NCBI GenBank assembly: GCA_965243025.1 | Contig: CBDETY010000003.1 | Location: 960,001 to 1,024,000 of the forward strand | Source of the DNA: Candidatus Latescibacterota bacterium | GTDB taxonomy: Bacteria > Latescibacterota > UBA2968 > UBA8231 | DNA: 64,000 nucleotides | Direction of reading: 5' to 3' | Made by a program: the position numbers and the translations under genes | The notes under the pieces: model-generated | What the model was told of the DNA's origin: nothing | The model's input: the letters and a program-made list of their open reading frames with translations, nothing else | Databases searched by the model: none | Part shown: positions 1-8,699 of the stretch, in pieces | How positions within the stretch are numbered: the stretch's first letter is position 1 | How the letters are laid out: every line of letters begins with the position of its first letter

Positions 1-314
1 GCTATCTCCGCCGGGTGATCACCGGGCACCTGAACAATTATGGCGTGCCCCGGAATGGCCCGGCGCTGTGCGCGTTCGTCAGGGGTATCGCCTCCCATTG
101 GTGGCGTGCTCTGAAACGAAGAAGCCATAAACCAGGGTCACGTGGGGGCGCATGAGGGTTCTCTGGTACCGACTGCTGCCTTCTCCGCGCATTACTCACC
201 CCCTACCCCGAACAGCGTTTCGCCGTCATGACCCGAGGCAGGAGCCCAGTGCGGTAACACCGCTCGCTGGGATCCGTGGAGGGGGTGGTCAGTAATGACC
301 ATTCCTACTCCGAC
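1..314 (+). mobile_element. 3' end of a group II intron (maturase domain X remnant, domains V and VI)
   Basis: Domain V-like hairpin GGAGCCCAGTGCGGTAACACCGCTCGCTGGGATCC at 241-275 with an AGC triad. Domain VI-like hairpin GGGGGTGGTCA-GTAA-TGACCATTCCT-A-CTCCGAC with a bulged A, ending in AC at 314. Confidence 0.85.
3..257 (+). pseudogene. C-terminus of group II intron reverse transcriptase/maturase, two apparent frameshifts, truncated by window edge
   Basis: Reads YLRRVITGHLNNYGVPRN...WWRALKRRSHK / TRVTWGRM...LLPSPRITHP / YPEQRFAV...SPVR*, typical of domain X. Frame breaks fall in homopolymers near 128 and 198. Confidence 0.75.
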
Positions 315-1292
315 TTTGGGGTGGTTGATTTTTCGGTGGGTACCGACCGAAAGGCACAGACTGACCCTGAACCGACCTTGAAGCGGAAAGCCGGAAGCAG
401 GGTGTTGGCAGAGTATTCGGGTCCAGCAGGATCGGGATTCGAGGAGGAATCCCGTGGCATAATTCAGCGAGCTGGTAGGGGCAACTGCGTCTTCTTCACT
501 TCACTGCAATCGAGCATCGACCCGACGGAGCGGAAGGCATGGGGATCGCGCCGGTGCCGGCGAACGTCTACATGCGCAACGGAGACCGGGGACGGCTGAG
601 TCTGGCGTATGGAAACCGCCTTGGGGGCGGTGCTGGCGAGTTAGGAACCCGTGATTTGGTGGGATGCAGTCCTTCGGATCGAGGAAATCGTGCAGGTTCA
701 GGTTCTGCGGGGAGGGAAGTAAACGCCTTTCTCCATTATGTTATACCAGATTTTCCGAGAATTCGCGCTTTTTTCCAGGCATTCCAACCGTCCCACTAAG
801 GAGGCACTTGAGCGATTCGTTGCCCCGGCGCAACTCGGCGGTCCATCCTTGGCCTCGCGCAGGCGGTCGCGGGGCTGGTGAAATTCCCCGTGCGGACTCG
901 GGAAGCTGCGCAGTTGTCGGCCGCTGGCGGTGACTCCTTTTTCCGGTAATCGCGTCATTTTTTTTCGAGAGCGGGGCCGCCATTTTGAAGAAGCACCGGG
1001 ATCCCAATGCGTAAAGGGCGTTGGCGTGACTGCGGACCTTGCCCATCTGCACTTTTGTTCAGCATAGTATGCTGTACGCATTGCGAGCAGGCTTCCGTTT
1101 CGGGCAGAGAACAGCTCCCATGACAAGCGGAAACCGACTGCTCCCCTTGGTGTTTTTCCACAGGAACCCCAACTCCAGAACCACCACGCCAAAAGACTGC
1201 CGACTGCTGCTCCGACCACAAACTTCGTCAAGTTTCGGGCTTGGTTCGCTCGGCGCATTTCCGATAAACGCCTCCTGGATGAATCGTCTCGA

Positions 1293-2393
1293 ATGCCAAT
1301 GGACACCTTGCGCGTTCTGTTATCGCTCGTAACGCTTCTTTGTTTCCTGGCGAACTTCCCCGCCGCCGCCTCTACCGAAGATGCCGCCCTGTATGCCAAC
1401 GCCTGCGCCGCGTGCCATGGGGCAGATGGACGAGGACGTTCGGCTGAAGACCTCGGCTTCGAGATTGAGCTGCCGGATTTTTCCGATTGTGAATTCGGTT
1501 CCAGGGAACCGGATCCCGACTGGTTTGCGGTGGTTCACGAAGGGGGCCCTGTCCGCGCCTTTGACCGGATGATGCCCGCGTTCGGAGATGCCCTGTCTGA
1601 GGAGGAGATCCACGCCGTCCTGAGGCACGTGCGCACTTTTTGCAGCAACGACGACTGGCCGCGAGGGGAGTTCAACGTACCCAAACCCCTGTTTACGGAG
1701 AAGGCGTTTCCCGAGGACGAGATTTACTTCCAACTGTCTGCAGGTACGGGCGGCCGCAAGGCGGTTGAATTCGAGGTGGTTTACGAAAACCGGTCCGGTC
1801 CCCGGGGGATGGTGGAAGTCTCCGTACCTGTGGGATGGCGCGATTCCCCGCAAGGGGGCGGTTCGAACTACGGCCCCGGTGATATAGGACTCGGCTACAA
1901 GTATGCCTTGTATCACGATCTGGAACGCGGGAACGGGTTGAGCATAGGCGGGGAGATGATTCTGCCCACCGGGGATGAGGACGAGGGTTTCGGGTCGGGG
2001 TCGACCAGACTGGAACCCTACGCGGCCTACGTCCATCTCCTCCCCGGGGACGCCTTCTTCCAGGCCCAAACCTTCGGTGAGTTTGCAGTGGGAGGGGAGG
2101 CTGACGACGAACTCGCACTGCGCGCCCTGCTGGGAAAGACCTGGACTCGGGGAGAGTTTGGCCGGGCCTGGAGTCCCATGGTGGAGGTACTGGTTTCCCG
2201 CGAGTTGGCCTCCGGGTCAGAAGCCAATCTGGATGTGGTCCCTCAAGTCCAGGTGGCTCTGAATACACGTCAACATATACTGCTCAATTCGGGGGTGCGC
2301 CTGCCCCTCGAGAACCGGCAGGACGGGGACCCGCAATTCGTCGCCTATCTCTTATGGGACTGGTTTGACGGAGGTTTCTTCGATGGCTGGTAG
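1293..2393 (+). CDS. Secreted monoheme cytochrome c fused to a putative outer-membrane beta-barrel domain
   Basis: Signal peptide, CAACH heme motif and MMPAFG distal Met. The C-terminal half has alternating beta-strands (GDIGLGYKY, LPTG) and an aromatic terminus. Confidence 0.75.
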   Translation: MPMDTLRVLLSLVTLLCFLANFPAAASTEDAALYANACAACHGADGRGRSAEDLGFEIELPDFSDCEFGSREPDPDWFAVVHEGGPVRAFDRMMPAFGDALSEEEIHAVLRHVRTFCSNDDWPRGEFNVPKPLFTEKAFPEDEIYFQLSAGTGGRKAVEFEVVYENRSGPRGMVEVSVPVGWRDSPQGGGSNYGPGDIGLGYKYALYHDLERGNGLSIGGEMILPTGDEDEGFGSGSTRLEPYAAYVHLLPGDAFFQAQTFGEFAVGGEADDELALRALLGKTWTRGEFGRAWSPMVEVLVSRELASGSEANLDVVPQVQVALNTRQHILLNSGVRLPLENRQDGDPQFVAYLLWDWFDGGFFDGW

Positions 2394-3999
2394 AGGCATC
2401 CTTCGGATGGGTTCCGGGCTGGCAATGGGACAGCTCGGGCTCGTTGCCATGCTTGCGGGGGGCCGGGCTCTGGCTCAACCCGCGGACCATGTCACGTTCG
2501 CGAGTTCGGATCAGTGTATTGCCTGCCACAGCAATCTCACCGATGCCGAGGGAGGGTCCGTGTCCATCGGACATGCCTGGCGCGGCTCCATGATGGCCCA
2601 TTCGGCGCGCGACCCCTACTGGCAGGCATCCGTACGGCGGGAAGTAACCGACCACCCGGAGGCTCAGGCCAGAATCGAGGATACCTGCTCCACCTGCCAT
2701 ATGCCGATGGCGCGGGTCCTTTCAAAGGCGGACGGGGGGCTGGGGAAGGTGTTCGAACACCTCGAGGCTGCCGCACGGGGGGAAGAGAGCGCAACCCTCG
2801 CACTGGATGGGGTGTCCTGCACGACCTGCCATCAGATTCAGGCAGACAATTTCGGGATGGAGTCCAGCTTCGACGGCAACTTTCTGATTCGTTCCGGCGC
2901 CGAACCCCGGATTTTCGGACCGTTCGAGGTGGAAAACGGTCTCCGCATGGTCATGCAGTCGGCAACCGGATTCAGTCCGGACAGCTCCTCTCACATTCAG
3001 GAATCCGAGCTTTGCGCCACATGCCATACCCTTTTCATAACGAGTCTCGATGAAACGGGACAGGAGGTTTCGAAATTCCCCGAGCAGGTTCCTTACCTCG
3101 AATGGCAGCACAGCGATTTCGCCCAAACCAGAAGCTGTCAGGCGTGTCACATGCCGGAGGCTGCGGCCGCGCCGATTTCCTCGGTGCTGGGCGAGTCGAG
3201 AGAAAATGTCTCGCAGCATGTCTTTCGCGGAGGCAACGAGTTCATGCTGCGTCTCCTGGACAAGTACCGGAACGAGCTCCTGGTAACGGCGCCTTCCGCC
3301 GACCTCCAGCGTGCGGCTGCGGCTACCAGGGACCACTTGCAGACTTCCACGGCGGAGCTCGGGCTGCTGGCGGTCGTTCGGGAAAACGACCGCTTCGCCA
3401 TCGACCTGGAAGTGAAAAACCTCGCCGGCCATAAGCTGCCGACAGCCTACCCTTCACGCAGGATGTGGATACACCTTCAAGTGCATGACGAGAATGGGCG
3501 CCTTCTGTTCGAGTCCGGGGCCATGCGTCCCGACGGCAGCATCGAGGGCAATGACAACGACGCGGATCCGGGACGTTTCGAGCCGCATTACCGGGTGATC
3601 GACGACCCCGGGCAGGTGCAGATTTATGAACCCATTATCGCGGACCGCTCGGGGGAGGTCACCACGGGTTTGCTCCGCGCCGTCAAATACGCCAAGGACA
3701 ATCGAGTTCTTCCGATGGGGTTTGACAAGGATTCCGCGGTCGAGGCCACCATGGTGCACGGCAAGGCGCGCGAAGATGCGGACTTCGTTGGGGGCAGCGA
3801 CACGATTCGGTACTTTGTTCCCGCGGAGACCGAGGTTCCAGGGGTAAATGTTCGGGCGAGGCTCATGTTCCAGAGCATCGGCTTCCGGTGGGCGCACAAC
3901 CTATCCGCCTACACGGCAAGGGAAACCGAGCGTTTCGTGGGTTATTTCAGGGAGAATGCTTCGACTTCGGCAACCGTACTGGCAGAAGTCTCAAACTAG
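2365..3999 (+). CDS. Periplasmic pentaheme c-type cytochrome (true start probably 2407 or 2425)
   Basis: Five CXXCH motifs (CIACH, CSTCH, CTTCH, CATCH, CQACH), a signal peptide ending ALA-Q, and a GHKLPTAYP motif common in c554-like multihemes. Confidence 0.88.
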   Translation: MTEVSSMAGRGILRMGSGLAMGQLGLVAMLAGGRALAQPADHVTFASSDQCIACHSNLTDAEGGSVSIGHAWRGSMMAHSARDPYWQASVRREVTDHPEAQARIEDTCSTCHMPMARVLSKADGGLGKVFEHLEAAARGEESATLALDGVSCTTCHQIQADNFGMESSFDGNFLIRSGAEPRIFGPFEVENGLRMVMQSATGFSPDSSSHIQESELCATCHTLFITSLDETGQEVSKFPEQVPYLEWQHSDFAQTRSCQACHMPEAAAAPISSVLGESRENVSQHVFRGGNEFMLRLLDKYRNELLVTAPSADLQRAAAATRDHLQTSTAELGLLAVVRENDRFAIDLEVKNLAGHKLPTAYPSRRMWIHLQVHDENGRLLFESGAMRPDGSIEGNDNDADPGRFEPHYRVIDDPGQVQIYEPIIADRSGEVTTGLLRAVKYAKDNRVLPMGFDKDSAVEATMVHGKAREDADFVGGSDTIRYFVPAETEVPGVNVRARLMFQSIGFRWAHNLSAYTARETERFVGYFRENASTSATVLAEVSN

Positions 4000-4187
4000 G
4001 TTCCATCCCCGGGGAGGGGTGCCGGACCAGTTGAAGCAGCGGCGCAGATTTGCAGGCCAGGCATGGATTTCCACCCGCTTTTCTTCACCATCCGGCGCCG
4101 GAGTGCGGTTTCGGGTGCTCTCGCCGGGGCCGGCCCGGAACCTCGGTGTAGCGGGAAGGTTCCCTAACCTGACGATGGGGAGATAAA

Positions 4188-4883
4188 GTGACGCGCGACA
4201 CTCCGAACCATGGATCCGCGGACTGCGGCCCGATGCCTCCCCTGGCCGAAGACGCGCTCAAGGTGCAGCGCTATTTCCCGACGCTCATTTTTTCCCTGGA
4301 AGTTCCGGACAGCGAGATACTGAACGCCCACCTGATCGAGGCGATCTACGCCGAACGGGAAGGCGACGGAACAGGGGTGCGCAAGTCGAACTTCCCGGAG
4401 CTGGGGAGTTGGCACAGCCACGTCAAACTGCACAGGGACGCCGCGTTTGCGGGATTGGTTCAATACGTCGACTCGGCCTCCGCCATGATGTGCCGCGAGC
4501 TCGGATATCACAGGTCCTATCACCTGAGCATCGGCACCATGTGGTCGATCATCAATCCACCGGGTGGCGTGAACCGGGCTCACATCCATCCCGGCTGCAT
4601 CTGGAGCGGCGTCTACTACGTCCAGGCACCCAGGAATTCGGGTCGAATCGAGTTCATCGATCCGCGCACCCAGAACCTGATGAGTGCCGTCGAATACATC
4701 CCCGACACCAGGCGCCCACGAATCTGCTGGACGAAGGTCCAATACAAGCCCGTGGCCGGAAGAATGCTGATCTTCCCGAGCTGGCTGTACCATAGCGTCG
4801 GTCCGAATCGATCCAGGGCCAGGGGGAAGGACGCCGACCGGATCATCGTGAGCTTCAACCTGTCTCAGGAAAGGCGCAGATAG
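4188..4883 (+). CDS. TIGR02466-like 2OG-Fe(II) oxygenase
   Basis: FPT N-terminal motif, WSIINPPGGVNRAHIHP (HxH), SGVYYV, LIFPSWLYHSV and RIIVSFN. No signal peptide. Confidence 0.85.
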   Translation: MTRDTPNHGSADCGPMPPLAEDALKVQRYFPTLIFSLEVPDSEILNAHLIEAIYAEREGDGTGVRKSNFPELGSWHSHVKLHRDAAFAGLVQYVDSASAMMCRELGYHRSYHLSIGTMWSIINPPGGVNRAHIHPGCIWSGVYYVQAPRNSGRIEFIDPRTQNLMSAVEYIPDTRRPRICWTKVQYKPVAGRMLIFPSWLYHSVGPNRSRARGKDADRIIVSFNLSQERRR

Positions 4884-4910
4884 TTACCTTCACAAGAGAA
4901 GTGAATAGTT

Positions 4911-6644
4911 ATGAAACATCTACGGCGATTTGTTTCTCTCGTGGGCATATTGGCCTTGATGACTTTGGGCCGGCCTTCCTCTCTTTTCGGGCAGAGTGAA
5001 AAAGACACGCCGTTGGGTGACCAGATTCCGCCCCTACTGAGAAGCGAAAGGAGCATCGACTCACGAACCAGCTTCAACATCGGTGCTTCCAGTGATGATG
5101 ACGACGATGACGACGACGATGATGACGACGACGATGATGATGACGACGATGATGATGACGACGATGACGATGATGATGACGACGACGGCGACGAGGGCGA
5201 TGAGGGTGATGAGAACGACGAGGGGGACGAGGGGGACGAGAACGACGAGGGCGACGAGGGCGATGAGGATGACGAGGGCGACGAGAACGACGAGGGCGAT
5301 GAAGACGACGAAGGCGACGAGGACGACGAAGGCGACGAGGACGACGAGGGCGATGAGGACGACGAAGGCGATGAGGATGACGAGGGAGATGAGGATGACG
5401 AGGGCGACGAGGGGGACGAGAACGACGAGGGCGACGAGAACGACGAAGGCGATGAGGACGACGAGGGGGATGAGGGCGATGAGGACGACGGTGACGAGGG
5501 GGATGAGGGGGATGAGGATGACGAGGGCGATGAGGACGACGAGGGTGACGAGGGGGACGAGAACGACGAGGGCGACGAGGGGGATGAGGACGATGAGAAC
5601 GACGAGGGGGATGAGGACGACGAGGGGGATGAGGATGACGAGGGCGATGAGGATGACGAGGGCGATGAGGGCGACGAGGACGAGGGCGACGAGGGGGACG
5701 AGGACGACGAGGGGGATGAGGATGACGAGGGGGATGAGGACGACGAGGGCGACGAGGGGGATGAAGGCGACGAGAACGACGAGGGCGATGAGGGCGACGA
5801 GGACGACGGCGACGAGGGGGATGAGGGCGACGAGGGGGATGAAGACGACGAGGGAGATGAGGACGACGAGGGGGATGAGGACGACGAGAACGACGAGGGC
5901 GACGAGGGCGACGAGAACGACGAAGGGGATGAGGGGGACGAGAACGACGAGGGCGATGAGGGTGACGAGGACGACGGCGACGAGGGCGATGAGGGCGACG
6001 AGGGGGATGAGGGCGACGAGAACGACGAGGGTGATGAGGGTGACGAGGGGGACGAGGGGGACGAGGACGACGAGGGAGACGAGGGGGACGAGAACGACGA
6101 GGGGGACGAGGACACCAACGGAAGCGCAGGGACGTCAGAAAGCAGGACATTCGCGCCGCTCAGTGGGGATTTCGATGGCGATGGAAAAGTCGGTTTTTCC
6201 GATTTCTTCCTCCTTGCCGATGCCATGGGCAGCAGCGATCCAACCTTTGACCTCGATGGCAGCGGCCTGGTCGATTTCTCGGACTTCTTTCTGTTTGCCG
6301 ACTCTTTCCCACCGTCGCAGCGGGCCAAGTTGCTGGAGCTGGCGCGGGAATCGATCGGGCTGCCCGTTGGCCCCGAGCTGTACCAGAACGCACCCAATCC
6401 CTTCAACAGCGAGACCGTTCTTTCCTACATCCTCCGGGAGCCTGGTCCTGCCCGCCTGGAGATCCTCACGGTAACCGGGCAACGGGTGAAGGTCTTGAGC
6501 CAGGGTGATCAGAAGGCGGGTTACCACCGGATTTCCTGGGACGGCCTGGATGACGCAGGCCAACCGTTGGCAAGCGGCGTCTACCTGTACAGACTGGCGA
6601 CGACCGAGGGGGCATTGACCCGCAAGCTGGTTCTGCTGCGCTGA
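4911..6644 (+). CDS. Secreted hyper-acidic Asp/Glu-repeat protein with EF-hand/dockerin-like pair and FlgD-Ig C-terminal domain
   Basis: Signal peptide, then 31 Asp, then ~309 aa of (G/D/N)DE triplets. Followed by GDFDGDGKVGFSDF and DLDGSGLVDFSDF, then QNAPNPFNSET...GVYLYRL...RKLVLLR. Confidence 0.88.
   Translation: MKHLRRFVSLVGILALMTLGRPSSLFGQSEKDTPLGDQIPPLLRSERSIDSRTSFNIGASSDDDDDDDDDDDDDDDDDDDDDDDDDDDDDDDGDEGDEGDENDEGDEGDENDEGDEGDEDDEGDENDEGDEDDEGDEDDEGDEDDEGDEDDEGDEDDEGDEDDEGDEGDENDEGDENDEGDEDDEGDEGDEDDGDEGDEGDEDDEGDEDDEGDEGDENDEGDEGDEDDENDEGDEDDEGDEDDEGDEDDEGDEGDEDEGDEGDEDDEGDEDDEGDEDDEGDEGDEGDENDEGDEGDEDDGDEGDEGDEGDEDDEGDEDDEGDEDDENDEGDEGDENDEGDEGDENDEGDEGDEDDGDEGDEGDEGDEGDENDEGDEGDEGDEGDEDDEGDEGDENDEGDEDTNGSAGTSESRTFAPLSGDFDGDGKVGFSDFFLLADAMGSSDPTFDLDGSGLVDFSDFFLFADSFPPSQRAKLLELARESIGLPVGPELYQNAPNPFNSETVLSYILREPGPARLEILTVTGQRVKVLSQGDQKAGYHRISWDGLDDAGQPLASGVYLYRLATTEGALTRKLVLLR
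5094..6113 (+). repeat. Low-complexity coding repeat: (GAY)31 followed by 9-bp period (GGN/GAY/AAC)-GAY-GAR units
   Basis: Seen directly. Synonymous third-position variation runs throughout and the frame stays intact. Confidence 0.95.
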
Positions 6645-6659
6645 CCGGGCCGGTCCCGA

Positions 6660-8072
6660 ATGGCTTCGGTTCTAAGGAGCCGCCCCGTAGTCCTCGCGGA
6701 GGTACTGACCCGGCAGGTCGACGCCTCCCCCATCGTGTTTTTCAGGGTCCTCTTCGGCATCCTCATGGCCGTAGAGGTCATTCGATACTGGGCCCACGGC
6801 CGCATATCGCGTTACTACATCGAGCCGGCGTTCCTCTTTTCCTTCGTGGAATGGATCAAGCCGGTCGGTGTCGGCATGTATCCGGTTTTCATCCTCATGG
6901 GAGCTGCCGCGCTTTTCCTGGCGATCGGATACCACTACCGGGCGGCGTCGATCCTGTACTTCGTCCTCTACACCTATGCGTTCCTTCTCGACAAGGCGCA
7001 GTACAACAACCACTACTACCTGATCTGTCTGCTGGCCTTTCTTTTCGCGGTGACGAATGCCGACCGGGGATTTTCAATCGACGCCGTGCGGCGCAGGCTT
7101 CCATCCCTGGTTCCCGCCTGGCAGGTCTACCTGTTTCGCCTGCAGGTCTGCGTCCTGTTTTTCTACGCAGGGGTGGCCAAGATAAACGCCGACTGGCTGT
7201 CGGGTGAACCGGTCAGAACCTGGCTGGCTGCCAGGTCGGACTATTTCCTGATCGGACCTCTCCTGCTGAAGGAGTGGTTCGTTTTTTTGTACGCCTACGC
7301 GGGGATGGTATTCGACCTGGGGATTGGGTTTGCGCTGTTATGGTCCAAGACCCGGGGGGCCGGTTTCGTGCTGCTCCTCGGGTTCAATCTCCTGAACAAG
7401 TGGTTCTACGACATCGGCATCTTTCCGTACCTGGCGATGGCGGCGTTCGTCCTCTTCATGGACGGTACCAGTATCAGCGGCCTGTTCGGTCGCTGGGTCC
7501 GAACCCGCGCCGTGGGCGGCGCCGTGGTGCGCGACCTGCTGGGGGAGGGGGCGGAAACCGGAGCAAACCCCCGCAAACCAACACCCTGGACGGAACTGCT
7601 CTCCAGGTTGGGCGGTTTCGGAATCCGGGCCAAGGCGGTTCTGGTATCCGGGTTCGTTCTCGTTCAGCTCCTTGCGCCGCTTCGCCATTTCGCCATCCCG
7701 GGCCATGTGGCCTGGACGGAGGAGGGCCATCTGTTTTCGTGGAGGATGAAGCTGCGAGACAAGAGGGCAGAGGAGATTATCTTCTATACCAAAGATTCTC
7801 GTTCAGGAAACATCAACGAGCTGCCGACGGATGGCCTGACCAGAAGGCAGAAAAGAAAGATGTCCACCAGGCCGCACATGATTGTTCAATACGCCAGGCA
7901 CCTTTCCGAGGATCTCAGGAAAAGCGGCTTCGAGAACGCCCCCGTTTACGTCGGGACCTCGGTTTCCCTGAACAGCCGCGATCCCAGACCCCTGATCGAC
8001 GAGAGTGCCGACCTTGCGAAAGTGCAATACCGCTCATTTGGGCATAACGGCTGGATAACCACCCTCGAATAG
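6660..8072 (+). CDS. HTTM-domain vitamin K-dependent gamma-carboxylase-like membrane protein
   Basis: FRVLFG, LLDKAQYNNHYYL, FFYAGVAKINADWLSG, FNLLNKWFYDIGIFPY and WTEEGHLFSWRMKL correspond to conserved GGCX blocks as recalled (LLDKTSWNNHSYL, YFIAGVKKLDADW, FHCMNSQLFSIGMF, WTNGLYGYSWDMM). Multiple TM helices are present. Confidence 0.9.
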   Translation: MASVLRSRPVVLAEVLTRQVDASPIVFFRVLFGILMAVEVIRYWAHGRISRYYIEPAFLFSFVEWIKPVGVGMYPVFILMGAAALFLAIGYHYRAASILYFVLYTYAFLLDKAQYNNHYYLICLLAFLFAVTNADRGFSIDAVRRRLPSLVPAWQVYLFRLQVCVLFFYAGVAKINADWLSGEPVRTWLAARSDYFLIGPLLLKEWFVFLYAYAGMVFDLGIGFALLWSKTRGAGFVLLLGFNLLNKWFYDIGIFPYLAMAAFVLFMDGTSISGLFGRWVRTRAVGGAVVRDLLGEGAETGANPRKPTPWTELLSRLGGFGIRAKAVLVSGFVLVQLLAPLRHFAIPGHVAWTEEGHLFSWRMKLRDKRAEEIIFYTKDSRSGNINELPTDGLTRRQKRKMSTRPHMIVQYARHLSEDLRKSGFENAPVYVGTSVSLNSRDPRPLIDESADLAKVQYRSFGHNGWITTLE

Positions 8073-8207
8073 TTGCCCGCGGAGAGGGTCTCGGTCGGAA
8101 TCCGATTACCGGGTGGACTTCTGGAACTACACGTCGAGGCGCGACTCAAGGTGTACGGGACACCCCTTGGAACCGGCTCCTGCCATCTTTTGCCCGCCTT
8201 TTCGGTC

Positions 8208-8699
8208 TCAAAGTGAAGACTTCGGGGACACGCGGATTCCCGAGGCCACCATTTCGAACTTCGGGGCCTCCGCAAGCCCGGGCGGCTGCGCGGAGGATTC
8301 CGCCCGATAGTGCTCCTCCGCGCCCGGATCAGCCGCCTGCAACAAGCCATGGACCGTGGCCGAACGCCCGCTGATCTCCCGCGGCACTGTATAGGCGTAA
8401 CTTCCGTCCTCGTGGCGCGCTACGTGCACGCGCAATCCCGCTGCGGTATCCAGGGCGCGCAGCACGAGCCAGCAGCCCGCATTCTGGCATACCTCATGGA
8501 CGGTACCTGTAACGGTAACCGGCCGGTCGAGATACCTTTCGGGCTCGGCCAGGACAGCCTCTACCGGCAAGGCTTCCTGCGGCATGCCGGCTGTGCCGAA
8601 GAGATCGTCCTCCGGGGTGTCCAGCCGTGCGCAAGCGGAAACCAAAAGGAGAACGAGGCTCCTCAAAGGCATGGTTTGAACTGTTGCAGCGTGTTTCAT
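8208..8699 (-). CDS. Lipoprotein, DUF4920-like OB-fold protein
   Basis: Lipobox LVSAC and the motif VTVTGTVHEVCQNAGCW. Confidence 0.7.
   Translation of the reverse strand: MKHAATVQTMPLRSLVLLLVSACARLDTPEDDLFGTAGMPQEALPVEAVLAEPERYLDRPVTVTGTVHEVCQNAGCWLVLRALDTAAGLRVHVARHEDGSYAYTVPREISGRSATVHGLLQAADPGAEEHYRAESSAQPPGLAEAPKFEMVASGIRVSPKSSL

Noticed and set aside
1-314. Retron or DGR interpretation of the RT remnant
   Set aside because: Domain V/VI structure and domain X motifs indicate a group II intron, and no template/variable repeat pair with adenine-specific differences was seen.
867-895. GGGGCTGGTGAAATTCCCC hairpin resembling an FMN riboswitch start
   Set aside because: Only a local hairpin; the rest of the motif is absent.
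276-1290. Short overlapping ORFs after the intron
   Set aside because: No recognisable motifs or RBS; probably intergenic or decayed sequence.
5094-6113. Possible CRISPR array or non-coding satellite
   Set aside because: No unique spacers, the variation is synonymous within a coding frame, and no cas genes are present.
5074-6474. Long alternative-frame ORFs over the acidic repeat (Ser/Pro-rich, Arg/Pro-rich, Met/Thr/Arg-rich)
   Set aside because: Shadow frames of a stop-free repeat. Only 4911-6644 has a signal peptide and recognisable domains.
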